Shown here: positions 22,051 to 31,553 of the stretch, piece after piece
How the letters are laid out: each line of letters begins with the position of its first letter
Position numbering within the stretch: the stretch's first letter is position 1
IMG/VR virus record: IMGVR_UViG_3300031414_000008
Span: 96,001-160,000 of that record
DNA length: 64,000 bases
Direction: 5' to 3' (one strand)
Origin: a virus
Position numbers and translations under genes: made by a program
The notes under the pieces: model-generated
What the model saw: only the letters and a program-made list of their open reading frames with translations
Told to the model about the DNA's origin: nothing
Databases searched by the model: none

Positions 22051-22509
22051 ATGGGTTTACTGAAAATGTTCGGCCGTAAAGCAGGTAACGCAGTTGCAGA
22101 AGCTAGCAACAAAATCGTCCGTATGGAAAACAAAGATCTGGTCGAAGGCGTTGTTTACGGCTGTGTGTTCATGGCTCACGCCGACGGTGACCTGGAAGAC
22201 TCAGAGATGGACAACCTGCAGAAGCAGATCAACGCGAACGAAATCTTCGACGGCTTCCCTAAGCAGGAGCTGGGCAAAATGATCGACCGTGCAGTTGCCT
22301 TCTATGATGTTGGCAAGCTGATGGGTGACAAAAAGTGCCTGAAACAGATTTCCGAAGTTGTTAAGAACCCAGAGTGGGCTGACGAAGTGATGATGGCAGT
22401 CATGACCATTGCTGCTTCAGACGGTGACGTTGAACCTGCTGAAGTGAAAGCCGGTGAAGCGATCGCTAAGACCCTGGGCGTGAAATTCAGCGACTACTAT
22501 GTTGCATAA
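22051..22509 (+). CDS. terB: TerB-like (tellurite resistance family) protein
   Basis: Duplicated AHADGDLEDSE / AASDGDVEPAE motifs. Confidence 0.8.
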   Translation: MGLLKMFGRKAGNAVAEASNKIVRMENKDLVEGVVYGCVFMAHADGDLEDSEMDNLQKQINANEIFDGFPKQELGKMIDRAVAFYDVGKLMGDKKCLKQISEVVKNPEWADEVMMAVMTIAASDGDVEPAEVKAGEAIAKTLGVKFSDYYVA

Positions 22510-22663
22510 CGGCAAGCTGCTGCTTGCAGCGGTGTTCGCTGTGCTCGCGATCTTCGTGGATTTCACGAGCAAACTCTTCTCTGTGGTTTCGGATGGTATC
22601 CTGATTGGTGCTGCTGCATTTTTAGTGTGGCAGTTCGTCAAGGGCCAGAAGAAGCCGCAGTAA
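22499..22663 (+). CDS. small membrane protein (54 aa)
   Basis: Two hydrophobic segments, overlaps the terB stop. Confidence 0.55.
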   Translation: MLHNGKLLLAAVFAVLAIFVDFTSKLFSVVSDGILIGAAAFLVWQFVKGQKKPQ

Positions 22664-22666
22664 TCC

Positions 22667-22693
22667 AAGCCCCTTCGGGGGCTTTTCTTTTTT
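22667..22693 (+). terminator. intrinsic terminator
   Basis: AAGCCCC-TTCG-GGGGCTT-TTCTTTTT. Confidence 0.85.
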
Positions 22694-22704
22694 AGGGGCA
22701 AATC

Positions 22705-23175
22705 ATGGAACTTATCTTTAACGACGGCAACGTTGAACTGGCCGAGCACATTCCTCATAAGAACGAAAACATGGGCAAGATCCGCCTGGTCCGTAACGGG
22801 GATACCGAGGGCATCTGGGTCATGTTCTCCGACGCCGACAAGAAGAAGTACGACGATGACTCTCTGCGGGGTGAGACGGTGATCGCGGCCCTGTGCAACC
22901 AATCCCTGGCAGGTGTGCCTTGGGGTGCGTACGTGAAGGTCACCCTGGATGGCGAGAACCGTCCGAAGTGCGTGTGTGAAGACGTCTTCGGCGACGACCC
23001 AACGTTCTTCTATCCGGACTGGGCGTCAGAGAAAGTCTGTGAGCATTTCGCTCAGCAGCTGCAGGCGAACAAGTATAAACTAGACGATGACATGCGTGCG
23101 TACTTGATCCCTCACATCGCGAACGCACCAGAAAGCGACGTAACTGCAGCACTTAAACAACTACTGGAGCAATAA
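22705..23175 (+). CDS. hypothetical protein
   Basis: 156 aa. Confidence 0.7.
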   Translation: MELIFNDGNVELAEHIPHKNENMGKIRLVRNGDTEGIWVMFSDADKKKYDDDSLRGETVIAALCNQSLAGVPWGAYVKVTLDGENRPKCVCEDVFGDDPTFFYPDWASEKVCEHFAQQLQANKYKLDDDMRAYLIPHIANAPESDVTAALKQLLEQ

Positions 23176-23492
23176 TGTATAGCTATCAAGACTTTGCGAA
23201 AGCCGTATACGCTGAACTTCAGCCGGAAGAATCCTTCGAAGAGTGGGACGACCACACGTTCTACTCCTCTGAGCCACCACCGCCAGAAATGACCTTCTGT
23301 GAACGCTGGTTCATCAAGGGCAACTCCGCGGCACCGTACACCCTCGGCGGTGAGAACTACATCCTGGTTCAGCTGTCGTGCACTGACGGTCAGTGGGAGA
23401 TCTTCACCGCCGACCAGGAGAGCACCTCTTCTGTTCCGTACCAGACCGAAGCCGGCGCCCGCGAGGCCTGGACCTTCCTGCTGGGAGAGTAA
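23175..23492 (+). CDS. acidic hypothetical protein
   Basis: TAATG coupling. Confidence 0.7.
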   Translation: MYSYQDFAKAVYAELQPEESFEEWDDHTFYSSEPPPPEMTFCERWFIKGNSAAPYTLGGENYILVQLSCTDGQWEIFTADQESTSSVPYQTEAGAREAWTFLLGE

Positions 23493-23493
23493 C

Positions 23494-23907
23494 ATGCCGA
23501 CGCCTCTCAGTGTTCTCGAAGTTGCAAAGCTCTACGCCAAGCACCGTAAGGAATCCACCCGAGAGGCAATCAAGCGTTGCGGGAAGCGGGTACGTAAAGG
23601 CGACATGATTCCCTGGTTGATCAATCACTTAGATCGCCCATGGGCTCACCGCTGTGCCTTCTTCCCGGTTATCGACGATTGGTACCCCTCCTGGGAATTC
23701 CCCGAAGGCAAGTTCATCCGCGTCCTCATCGAGCCGATCGGCCACCACTACGTTAACATCCGTCTGTCCGGAGCCGACGATCACTCCGTCTACTACTCCT
23801 TCGGCAGTATGATTGAGGCAGAGGCATTCTGGGATCAACTCGTCGCCGAACCCGAACTGTGTCACACCATGATTTCCTTGCTGTATGAACCCTTTTCGCC
23901 CTACTAG
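23494..23907 (+). CDS. hypothetical protein
   Basis: GGAG RBS before ATG 23494; TAG stop. Confidence 0.65.
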   Translation: MPTPLSVLEVAKLYAKHRKESTREAIKRCGKRVRKGDMIPWLINHLDRPWAHRCAFFPVIDDWYPSWEFPEGKFIRVLIEPIGHHYVNIRLSGADDHSVYYSFGSMIEAEAFWDQLVAEPELCHTMISLLYEPFSPY

Positions 23908-23943
23908 ATTTCGTGTAAAATAACCTTAAAAGAGGTTACTATT

Positions 23944-24315
23944 ATGCGGATATCTTGGAAGACACCTTGTATTCAGGATTTAATGCCTGAACTGAATTCA
24001 CTTCTCGAAGATTTCAACTGTGAAATCGTCGTGGATAAGTATGGCCGTGCCACGCTCTCGGACTTCTCCGGGAGTGAGGTTTCGTGGGATGCCCTCGAAG
24101 CTAATGGCGTGGTATACTTGCTGAATCGGACGATTCTCCATCCGCTGGGTTACTCTCTGTATCTCACTGATGGGGTGTCTCCGGGGTTCGATGTGTTAGA
24201 GGACGGTGCTTTCAGCTACACGGCTGAGGCACAGGCCCACTATGATCGAGCTCTCTCCTCGGTCCTCGAGGAAAAGTACCCACTTTCGGGTATAAGTACA
24301 ACGGAGGGAAATTAA
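23944..24315 (+). CDS. hypothetical protein
   Basis: GAGG RBS. Confidence 0.7.
   Translation: MRISWKTPCIQDLMPELNSLLEDFNCEIVVDKYGRATLSDFSGSEVSWDALEANGVVYLLNRTILHPLGYSLYLTDGVSPGFDVLEDGAFSYTAEAQAHYDRALSSVLEEKYPLSGISTTEGN
24289..24298 (+). promoter_or_regulatory. GGTATAAGTA promoter-like motif
   Basis: Upstream of the SleB-like gene. Confidence 0.6.
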
Positions 24316-24337
24316 CCCCTCCCAAGGTGAGGTGTAA

Positions 24338-24787
24338 ATGAAATGTCTTCTGACTATTTCACTCCTGCTCTCCCTGTTCGTGGCCAAGCCCGTCTTGGCC
24401 TCAGCAGACAGCATCTGTCGGAAAGAGCCACTGGCATGCAACATTTATTTCGAAGCAAGAGGTGAAAAGGAAAAGGGTCAATACGCAGTTGCGTTTGTCT
24501 CGATGAACAGGCTCAAAAGTGGGAAGTACGGGAAGTCCATGCGATCTGTTGTTTTCGCAAAGGATCAGTTCTCATGGACTAACGGCCGACGGTCCATCAA
24601 AGACCAAGAGGCATTCGAGCGGGCACGGAAGGTCGCTGAAGCAGTAAAGACTTGGTCGAAAGACCCTGAAACGTACCGGAAGAAAGACGTCACGCGTGGC
24701 GCCAAGTATTTCCACAAGAAGGGTCTACGGCCGGGGTGGAACAAGAAAGTGGTGACCAGGATCGGCAACCACGTGTTCTACGGTTAA
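24338..24787 (+). CDS. SleB-like cell wall hydrolase (Hydrolase_2)
   Basis: Signal peptide; LACNIYFEARGE...AVAFVSMNR...IGNHVFY. Confidence 0.9.
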   Translation: MKCLLTISLLLSLFVAKPVLASADSICRKEPLACNIYFEARGEKEKGQYAVAFVSMNRLKSGKYGKSMRSVVFAKDQFSWTNGRRSIKDQEAFERARKVAEAVKTWSKDPETYRKKDVTRGAKYFHKKGLRPGWNKKVVTRIGNHVFYG

Positions 24788-24789
24788 CC

Positions 24790-24811
24790 AAAAGCCCTCC
24801 GGGGCTTTTTT
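24790..24811 (+). terminator. intrinsic terminator
   Basis: AAAAGCCC-TCCG-GGGCTTTT-TT. Confidence 0.85.
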
Positions 24812-24825
24812 ACTTTGGAGAAACT

Positions 24826-25179
24826 ATGAACTCGAACCACGTTATGGCGGCGGACGTCGGGACCCGTTCCCTCGGAGCCGGCTACCAGCTCTATCACAAC
24901 CCGCAGACCTTCAAGACCGTGGACGGTCCGGTGTATTACCGCACGGATCTCCCGGATGGCTACGCTATCGACGGCCTGCCCGGCCTCTACCTCCTGGGTA
25001 CGGTCGAACAGCGTAAGTCCAACCTGAACATCATTACGCTCTCGCTCGTCGGCGACAACGGGGTGAAGTACTGCCACGACACCACCGACACGAACGAAGC
25101 GCTGCGTACCGTCTCGAAGATGAAGGCTGCAGCGACAGTCAACTACGAATCGATCGGCACGATCTACGTGGGTGAATGA
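24826..25179 (+). CDS. hypothetical protein
   Basis: GGAG RBS before ATG 24826. Confidence 0.65.
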   Translation: MNSNHVMAADVGTRSLGAGYQLYHNPQTFKTVDGPVYYRTDLPDGYAIDGLPGLYLLGTVEQRKSNLNIITLSLVGDNGVKYCHDTTDTNEALRTVSKMKAAATVNYESIGTIYVGE

Positions 25180-25457
25180 TGGACTACGTTCTCGCAAGCT
25201 ACCTCGCCCTTAACGGCGAACCGGTCCGTCGGAAGTGTTGGCCACAGGATGTCTATGTGGTCATCAAGGGTGCGTCGAACCATATCTTCGCTCCCAAGAC
25301 CACGCCGACGGTTTGGCACTATTCACGAGAAGACTTTAAGGCTAAAGACTATGAGCGTTACCACACTGGACTTTGCCGGAGCAATCGAGCTCCTGAAACA
25401 GGGGAAGGCGGTGACCCGTCTGATCTGGCCGCACAGCCGGATTCTAGTCAAGGATAA
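25176..25457 (+). CDS. DUF2829/Tad2-like protein
   Basis: LALNGEPVRRKCWPQDVYV. Confidence 0.5.
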   Translation: MMDYVLASYLALNGEPVRRKCWPQDVYVVIKGASNHIFAPKTTPTVWHYSREDFKAKDYERYHTGLCRSNRAPETGEGGDPSDLAAQPDSSQG

Positions 25458-25590
25458 TCAGGTCGTCATTCAGCACGAAGTAACCATGCCAGGGGTAACG
25501 CCCTGGCATTTTACTTTTGCGGACATGACCGCCGTTGACTACGTCGAGGCGTTCTTTAACCACCGGGACACCACGGTACCTATTCAATAA
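25351..25590 (+). CDS. DUF2829/Tad2-like protein
   Basis: LDFAGAIELLKQGKAVTRLIW...WHFTFADMTAVDY. Confidence 0.65.
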   Translation: MSVTTLDFAGAIELLKQGKAVTRLIWPHSRILVKDNQVVIQHEVTMPGVTPWHFTFADMTAVDYVEAFFNHRDTTVPIQ

Positions 25591-25663
25591 GCTATTCAGA
25601 AAGCTATTCAAAACACCCCTTTCCCTTTGTAGAACAACAACTTACCTCTGGGAGTATCTATTC

Positions 25664-25840
25664 ATGATCAAGAACTTCAAGCACATGTGGAAGCATCACC
25701 GCGGGTTCTGCCTGCTGACTGGCTCCTACCTCGTCCCCGCTATGGTGACCTACATCTTCACGTTCGATCGGGCCTTGGCCATCAACGTAGGTTCCATCGG
25801 GATCCTCGCTTCGTTTTACTTTATCTGGAAATACGCATGA
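25664..25840 (+). CDS. small membrane protein
   Basis: GGAG RBS, two hydrophobic segments. Confidence 0.55.
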   Translation: MIKNFKHMWKHHRGFCLLTGSYLVPAMVTYIFTFDRALAINVGSIGILASFYFIWKYA

Positions 25841-26367
25841 ACCGAGTCTGGCTGATTTCTGACGCCCACTTCAATCACAAAGCGATCCCTAAGTTCCGCC
25901 CGCTCGTCACGAGCGTGGATGATAACACCGAGCAGATCGTTCACCACTGGCGTGCTCTCGTCGATAAGGATGACACGGTCATCTGTGTCGGGGACATGGC
26001 GTGGGATGCTGCCGGGTTAATGATCATGCAGACGCTTCCGGGGCGTAAAATCCTGGTTCCCGGCAATCACGACGATCAAACGGACGTGACTCACCAGGAA
26101 CTGTCCCGGACGTACGACCGTATCCGCGGCGGGCTGATCAACTACCCGGGCGGCTTCTGGATTCAGCACTGCCCGATGCACCCCGACGAGCTGTACGGCA
26201 AGATCAACATCCATGGGCATATGCACTGCAACGCCATCCGTGATGCCCGCTACGTGAACGTCAATGTAGACTTCACCGGTATGAAACCGGTCCTCCTGGA
26301 CGACATCAAGTCCGGCAAATACACCACTTACGATAAGGTTCCCTATGAAGCTGACAGTCACCGTTAA
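25837..26367 (+). CDS. calcineurin-like metallophosphoesterase
   Basis: SDAH, GDM, GNHD, H, HGH motifs. Confidence 0.9.
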   Translation: MNRVWLISDAHFNHKAIPKFRPLVTSVDDNTEQIVHHWRALVDKDDTVICVGDMAWDAAGLMIMQTLPGRKILVPGNHDDQTDVTHQELSRTYDRIRGGLINYPGGFWIQHCPMHPDELYGKINIHGHMHCNAIRDARYVNVNVDFTGMKPVLLDDIKSGKYTTYDKVPYEADSHR

Positions 26368-26776
26368 TCTCATCCGCGTCGATACTTTGCGTCCGTCGGA
26401 TATCCGTGCCCTGCCACGGGAAATGCAGGATACGCTCTCGAAGATGCCACAAGCAGAGGGACTGAATAAGTCTATTCTCTTCATGGACTCCTTCCCGCCG
26501 AAGCTCATCGACAACAAAGCGGTTAGCCGCTACTTCCCGATGCTCGTTGAGCGTACCTTCCAAGGTGCTGTTGCACTTCTGCAGCATTGTGATAATCTGA
26601 CTATGTCCCGCGGGCCACTGAAGATCTACTGGAATAAAGGGCTACTAAGCTTCGTCGATCAGGACGGCGACGTGTGGTGCCCTAGTCCTGCGGACGTGTT
26701 ATCTGACAAAGAGGAGTGGTATGTCAATTCGAAAGTTGAACCGAATCAAACGCAAGCAGAGCTCCCTCCGCTCTAA
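26345..26776 (+). CDS. hypothetical protein
   Basis: AAGG RBS, 143 aa. Confidence 0.65.
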   Translation: MKLTVTVNLIRVDTLRPSDIRALPREMQDTLSKMPQAEGLNKSILFMDSFPPKLIDNKAVSRYFPMLVERTFQGAVALLQHCDNLTMSRGPLKIYWNKGLLSFVDQDGDVWCPSPADVLSDKEEWYVNSKVEPNQTQAELPPL

Positions 26777-26909
26777 CGCCCACTGGTGCAACGGGTGCGA
26801 CGCGAACTTAGTGCACGCCAACGAAAAGTGCTCGCACTGTGGCTGGCGTCCGATTGGCGACCAAGTGAAGAAACGGGATTACTATCATCAGGAGACCATT
26901 GATGGATAG
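26721..26909 (+). CDS. small zinc-ribbon protein
   Basis: HWCNGCD...CSHCG; AGGAG RBS. Confidence 0.65.
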   Translation: MSIRKLNRIKRKQSSLRSNAHWCNGCDANLVHANEKCSHCGWRPIGDQVKKRDYYHQETIDG

Positions 26910-27117
26910 AAAACAGTATCGCCTTAAGGAGTCACCGACCACCGGTGGCGCCCCAGGTACTCCGGCGGGTACTATCGTTTACGAATGGCGTGGCCATGAC
27001 TACGGTGCAGCTTCCTTTGACTCAATGATGCGTCAGGAGCAGTACATTAGCGTCTCTCTGCAGCCCGGAGAGAATCCTTACTTCACCGTTCCGGTGAGGC
27101 TTCTGGAGGAAGTGTGA
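26902..27117 (+). CDS. hypothetical protein
   Basis: AGGAG RBS. Confidence 0.65.
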   Translation: MDRKQYRLKESPTTGGAPGTPAGTIVYEWRGHDYGAASFDSMMRQEQYISVSLQPGENPYFTVPVRLLEEV

Positions 27118-27557
27118 CAGGGTTGAGGCCGGGAGGCCTCGCTCTACTCCTTACGACGACGTGGGATCTTCCACTGAACGTCGGAAAGGGTGTCACTACG
27201 GAATTCATCCTGGCACCGGGGGAAGTTACCCGTGGGCTCGATGGCCGTTGGTTAACGAACCAGACGGGTAAGCCTCTCTGGTTTATCATTGGCGACATCT
27301 GGCAGTCGAACACATCCGGCGATGTCTGGTACGGTTTCGCACTGGTGGATGAAGCCTCCCTTTTACCTATCGATGGAGAAACGTTCGATGGCGAAGCTGG
27401 AATTTACAATAGCGGGCGGATGGTGGTGGTGCGAAAGATGCCGCAAGAACCACGTGGAGTGCAGCCCATGTCCCCGAGACCCAAACCACGTACCCGCAGA
27501 CCCCGCAGAGGTAAAGGCCCGTTTGGACGCGGCGGTCGACCAGATCCGAGCGAGTGA
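27114..27557 (+). CDS. hypothetical protein
   Basis: GTGA coupling, GGAGG RBS. Confidence 0.55.
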   Translation: MTGLRPGGLALLLTTTWDLPLNVGKGVTTEFILAPGEVTRGLDGRWLTNQTGKPLWFIIGDIWQSNTSGDVWYGFALVDEASLLPIDGETFDGEAGIYNSGRMVVVRKMPQEPRGVQPMSPRPKPRTRRPRRGKGPFGRGGRPDPSE

Positions 27558-27690
27558 GGAGCGCCGTGCATTAGAGAAGGTCAAGAGCTATATTCCTCAG
27601 ATCGAAGAAGGTGCTTACACTTGCGAGTGCTGCCTGTGTGGGAAATGGTATCAATCTGACAACAAACGGAGTGCTTACTGTGGCTGCTAA
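27388..27690 (+). CDS. Cys-rich zinc-binding protein
   Basis: CERC, CSPC, CECCLC, YCGC; GGAG RBS. Confidence 0.6.
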   Translation: MAKLEFTIAGGWWWCERCRKNHVECSPCPRDPNHVPADPAEVKARLDAAVDQIRASEERRALEKVKSYIPQIEEGAYTCECCLCGKWYQSDNKRSAYCGC

Positions 27691-28075
27691 ACTGACGACC
27701 CAAGCGGTACGGGACCTCCTGACGGCGTGTCAGGGTACCGAAGACGATATGCGTGTTGAGGGTATCGTCGGGTACTACCTGTTCGACATGGACAAGCTGG
27801 AAGAACACCGCCAGCAAATCATCGAGCTCCTCTACGAACTGCCCGCTCCGTTCCAGATGTCCCACGGTGGCGGGTGGTCGTTCCTACAGGCGGCCTTTGA
27901 CCGTCACGGTAATCACTGGGCGGAACATCCCACGATGGACGCTCTATTCTGTCTCGGTATGGGACTTGACGTCGCCGGCTACGTTCTTCCACGGGAATCG
28001 TGGTCGATTTTCCCTGGCGGCATGCCTTACATCTACATTAAGGACTCCGATGAAAATTCTGAGCAAAGTTCATGA
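27680..28075 (+). CDS. hypothetical phage protein
   Basis: GGAG RBS + GTG; GGGWSFLQAAFDRHGNHWAEH. Confidence 0.7.
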   Translation: MAAKLTTQAVRDLLTACQGTEDDMRVEGIVGYYLFDMDKLEEHRQQIIELLYELPAPFQMSHGGGWSFLQAAFDRHGNHWAEHPTMDALFCLGMGLDVAGYVLPRESWSIFPGGMPYIYIKDSDENSEQSS

Positions 28076-28772
28076 CTACTATGACTCTGCGGCGGCGTAC
28101 GGCGTTTCCGATCAGTACTGGAAGCGCCAGAACGACACGCTGCACGAGAAGGACACCGTCTTAGAGGACATCCTGCATCACACCCAGTGCTGGGGCGGTC
28201 GACCGATGATCGTTCTCTTCTGCGGAAAGGCTTACCCGGTGATCTCCCTGCGGGGCAACGGTGCCTACGATGATAACCACTTCTTGATCACCTGCCAGGA
28301 TGACTTCGCTGTCTACAGGGAGATCTACGAAGCCGGCTTGAATCCACCGTACCTGGGCCGTTGGGAGGACGTGGAGCCGAGGCCTAACCGTTTCCGCTCT
28401 CCGGAATCCTACGCGGTCCGTGGGTTCCAGGGCTTCCAAGAGGACGTTGCGAAGCTGGACTGTGAGCAGTATCACCGTAAGTACAACGCCCCTATCCTCC
28501 GTGTCGGCTACACGTACATCGACAAGCACGGGAACTATCAGGATAACCGCGGACGGTGGCGTCACAAGGTCACCATCGAGACGAACCCTTCCCTGAAGGC
28601 ACTGGGTTTCCAGAAAGTGAAGGACGCGTTCACGGCATACCAGGAGTTGGACTCCTACATCTTCGGTGTGCTCGGCGTTGACGTTAACCCTACTGTCCAA
28701 ACGTCGGATAAGGACCGCTTGGTAGCCCACGGCTTCGATAATCGCACCTCTTTCCGTAATATGAAACGTTAA
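28050..28772 (+). CDS. hypothetical phage protein
   Basis: AAGGA RBS; MKILSKVHDYYD. Confidence 0.7.
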   Translation: MKILSKVHDYYDSAAAYGVSDQYWKRQNDTLHEKDTVLEDILHHTQCWGGRPMIVLFCGKAYPVISLRGNGAYDDNHFLITCQDDFAVYREIYEAGLNPPYLGRWEDVEPRPNRFRSPESYAVRGFQGFQEDVAKLDCEQYHRKYNAPILRVGYTYIDKHGNYQDNRGRWRHKVTIETNPSLKALGFQKVKDAFTAYQELDSYIFGVLGVDVNPTVQTSDKDRLVAHGFDNRTSFRNMKR

Positions 28773-28773
28773 T

Positions 28774-28783
28774 GGTATAAGGA
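28774..28783 (+). promoter_or_regulatory. GGTATAAGGA promoter-like motif (variant)
   Basis: Intergenic. Confidence 0.6.
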
Positions 28784-28809
28784 ACATAGAGACAAACAGG
28801 AGAATCTCG

Positions 28810-29334
28810 ATGTTCTTAATGACCACTGCCGGATTAAACACCATAATCCGTACCCAGGACCTTACCGTTATCATTGCTCGCCGCCCGAAACGTAAAGGCA
28901 TGTTCGGCTATCACGTGATGGCTGACATGATCGCTGTTGATGAACTCCTCCGGGAAGAAATGGAGACTGATGACATGACCGCGTTCAAGCGTCTGTTCTC
29001 CGGCTTCTGCCCAAAACGTGAAGCATATCAGTATGCTGCCAAACTGAGTGACGAACCGAAAGAGCTCGTCCTACTGTTGGAGGCTATGAGCTTGTTGAAA
29101 GAGAAACCTGCTGTACAAGATAACGTGTTTGCTGAATACGCTCTGCGTGATGGATACACGATCAAGTTAGAAGGTATGGACGATGGCCTGTACGTGACTG
29201 AATACCAAGGTAAAGAGCTCGAAGCGAAGACCAAGGTGTTGAGCATGCGTGAAGGTCGTAGCCGTATCAAGATGTGCGTCGATAACATTGAGCGTCTGGA
29301 GCGTGTAAGCTTCCAGATTATCAAATCTGCCTAA
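28810..29334 (+). CDS. hypothetical protein
   Basis: AGGAG RBS. Confidence 0.7.
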   Translation: MFLMTTAGLNTIIRTQDLTVIIARRPKRKGMFGYHVMADMIAVDELLREEMETDDMTAFKRLFSGFCPKREAYQYAAKLSDEPKELVLLLEAMSLLKEKPAVQDNVFAEYALRDGYTIKLEGMDDGLYVTEYQGKELEAKTKVLSMREGRSRIKMCVDNIERLERVSFQIIKSA

Positions 29335-29352
29335 GCCCTTCGGGGCTTTTTT
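29333..29352 (+). terminator. intrinsic terminator
   Basis: AAGCCC-TTCG-GGGCTT-TTTT. Confidence 0.8.
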
Positions 29353-29364
29353 AAGGAGAAAAAC

Positions 29365-30552
29365 GTGATCCAAGAATACTATCTGCATATGTTCTGCGGG
29401 ATAAACGGTGAGCTTGACCAGAACTCCGGTGCCGGTCGCCTCGCTATCGCTACCCTAATGGCAGGATACGGTCTGAATGCGACGACGAAGAAAGACCTGC
29501 AGTCCCGCGTCGATTGGGTGGTGACCCCCGGTTGCTTCCTGGGCCAGAAGGAGATGGCTCCGACGGACTACTACTGCCGTAACTTCCCGGAAGTTAAGTT
29601 CGCGGTCTCATTAGTGCCGTTCCGCAAGGTTAACCGTACGATGAACTACCAGCTGGACTGGTCGGTTCTGGACCACGAGGAGTGGGACTGGAAGATCACC
29701 TCTCCGGTGTGGATCAACTTAGCGAAGATCTACTGGCTCGGCTACTTCCTGTTTGGCCGCAACGTTCTTCCGGAGACGGTGATCGCCACGATGCGGGCTA
29801 AGTTCTCCCCTCGCTGTGATGATGCTCAGGATAAGCGTCGCAACCTGAAGAGTCCGTTCGTGATGCAGTTCCTGAAGAACATCGGAGTTCCACTGCATGA
29901 TGTCCGTCCGGCTCACCTCTTCTCGAACTCCCAGGACGATCTGGCACGCCACTTAGTCTTCGGGTCTCTGGCGATCGGCATGAACTGGTCGGAGAACATC
30001 CCGGGCTACTACGCGATGGGTGCGATGGTGAAGGACTTGGTGCCGGCGGGCACGGCGTTCAACCAACTGACCCCGCACTTAGCTCCGTTCGCCGAGGCCC
30101 AGTGCGGTCGCTTCCAGAACGGTCTGTTCCCACTGCTGCAGCCGAGCTACTACCCGCTATCCATGGGCAACCCGGCGATCCCGTCTTCACCGAGCCGTGT
30201 GCCAACGAATGGCCGTGACATGCTGCCGCTCCTGTGGTGTAACAACCAGCGTTCTCCGCAGGAAGAAGCGAACACTCACTACGTCCAGGTCCGCGGCACC
30301 GAGATCAACTCCGAGTACTTCTCCTCGAACCGTCAGATGTGGCTCACCGCCGCCCTGCTGTGGGAGTACTACTTGATGCTGACCGGTCGCACGCTCTTCC
30401 AGATCGAACTCCTGGTGGAAGCTCGCCGGGCCCAGAACTGGACCGTGGATGACTTGAAGGAATCCTTGATCTACCTGAGCCCGTGCAACGCGAAGAACTC
30501 CTCTGTGGCCCAGATCGTTCGCTTCCATTTAGAGCGTCAGAATCAGGTATAA
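29365..30552 (+). CDS. hypothetical protein (395 aa)
   Basis: AAGGAG RBS, GTG start. Confidence 0.75.
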   Translation: MIQEYYLHMFCGINGELDQNSGAGRLAIATLMAGYGLNATTKKDLQSRVDWVVTPGCFLGQKEMAPTDYYCRNFPEVKFAVSLVPFRKVNRTMNYQLDWSVLDHEEWDWKITSPVWINLAKIYWLGYFLFGRNVLPETVIATMRAKFSPRCDDAQDKRRNLKSPFVMQFLKNIGVPLHDVRPAHLFSNSQDDLARHLVFGSLAIGMNWSENIPGYYAMGAMVKDLVPAGTAFNQLTPHLAPFAEAQCGRFQNGLFPLLQPSYYPLSMGNPAIPSSPSRVPTNGRDMLPLLWCNNQRSPQEEANTHYVQVRGTEINSEYFSSNRQMWLTAALLWEYYLMLTGRTLFQIELLVEARRAQNWTVDDLKESLIYLSPCNAKNSSVAQIVRFHLERQNQV

Positions 30553-30555
30553 GTA
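30546..30555 (+). promoter_or_regulatory. GGTATAAGTA promoter-like motif
   Basis: Overlaps the upstream stop codon. Confidence 0.65.
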
Positions 30556-30582
30556 AGGTACACAAACAAAAGGAGTTTTCTC

Positions 30583-31206
30583 ATGCAAGTCACCGTTAAT
30601 GTTGTCAGTCTTCCTCCCGTCGTCGTTGACGCTTTCAATGACATGCTCACAGCAAGTGTCACCCCGATCTTCAATGAAGATGCCCTCCCGTCTAAAGCCC
30701 AGGCCGGTCTGCTCGCTGCTGCGTACTTCGCGTGCCAGAAGTCGATCTGTATGAAGTTCATGCCAGAGCTCGAATCGGCGGGGATGTTCAAAGATGTCGT
30801 CTCGATCGACTACCCCGGGTTCAAGTGGAACCGTGGCCTGAAGTTCTGCTACGCGGTCGACATGATCATCCCGTCCTTGGTCAAGACCATGGCGGAACTG
30901 ATCGTGCAGGGCCGTGATTTCTCAGGCTTCATGGACTTCCTCGAAGCGTGGGAAGGGATCAAGATTGACAAAGCTACCGGTGAATTGCTTGAGCATATCG
31001 AAGGCCCGGCGGCACGGCGTCTCGAAGAGCATGCTCTGGGCCTGTGCAAGGCGAACTGCAGTCTGATGGTCGGTGAGACACCTACTATCATCCGCCGCGT
31101 CTTGAATAACGTGAAGGCAGCCGTCGAAGTCGGTTCTGAGACGCCTCTGGACTGCCTGGTCCATGACATGGAGTACCTGGTGCCGAACCTGGTAATCGAA
31201 CTGTGA
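30583..31206 (+). CDS. hypothetical protein
   Basis: AAGGAG RBS. Confidence 0.75.
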   Translation: MQVTVNVVSLPPVVVDAFNDMLTASVTPIFNEDALPSKAQAGLLAAAYFACQKSICMKFMPELESAGMFKDVVSIDYPGFKWNRGLKFCYAVDMIIPSLVKTMAELIVQGRDFSGFMDFLEAWEGIKIDKATGELLEHIEGPAARRLEEHALGLCKANCSLMVGETPTIIRRVLNNVKAAVEVGSETPLDCLVHDMEYLVPNLVIEL

Positions 31207-31553
31207 AGACGAATATCTTTGGATCCATCGTAGAGTTTGAGCGTCACGCCGATGGTACCATTATATTCAAACTCAAAGATATTGTCCGTGCAATCGGCCT
31301 TGCTTGGGATAGTCAGTTTCACAAGGTCAAGAAAGATCCACTCGATCGCTACTGTATTGTCGAAGAACGTTTTGGCGCTGAAGATGGCAAGACTTACGAA
31401 GCCGTAGGTATCCCATCTGAAAATGTTCAGAACTTCCTTGATGACATCAATGTCAATCGATGCACTAAAGATGTCGCGAAGATGATTCTGCGTCTACGCG
31501 ACAATCTTCGTGGTAAGAACCTGGCTGAAGAAGCTATGCAGCATTTGGTGTAA
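31203..31553 (+). CDS. P22 antirepressor N-terminal-like protein
   Basis: LKDIVRAIGLAWDSQFHKVK. Confidence 0.65.
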   Translation: MKTNIFGSIVEFERHADGTIIFKLKDIVRAIGLAWDSQFHKVKKDPLDRYCIVEERFGAEDGKTYEAVGIPSENVQNFLDDINVNRCTKDVAKMILRLRDNLRGKNLAEEAMQHLV

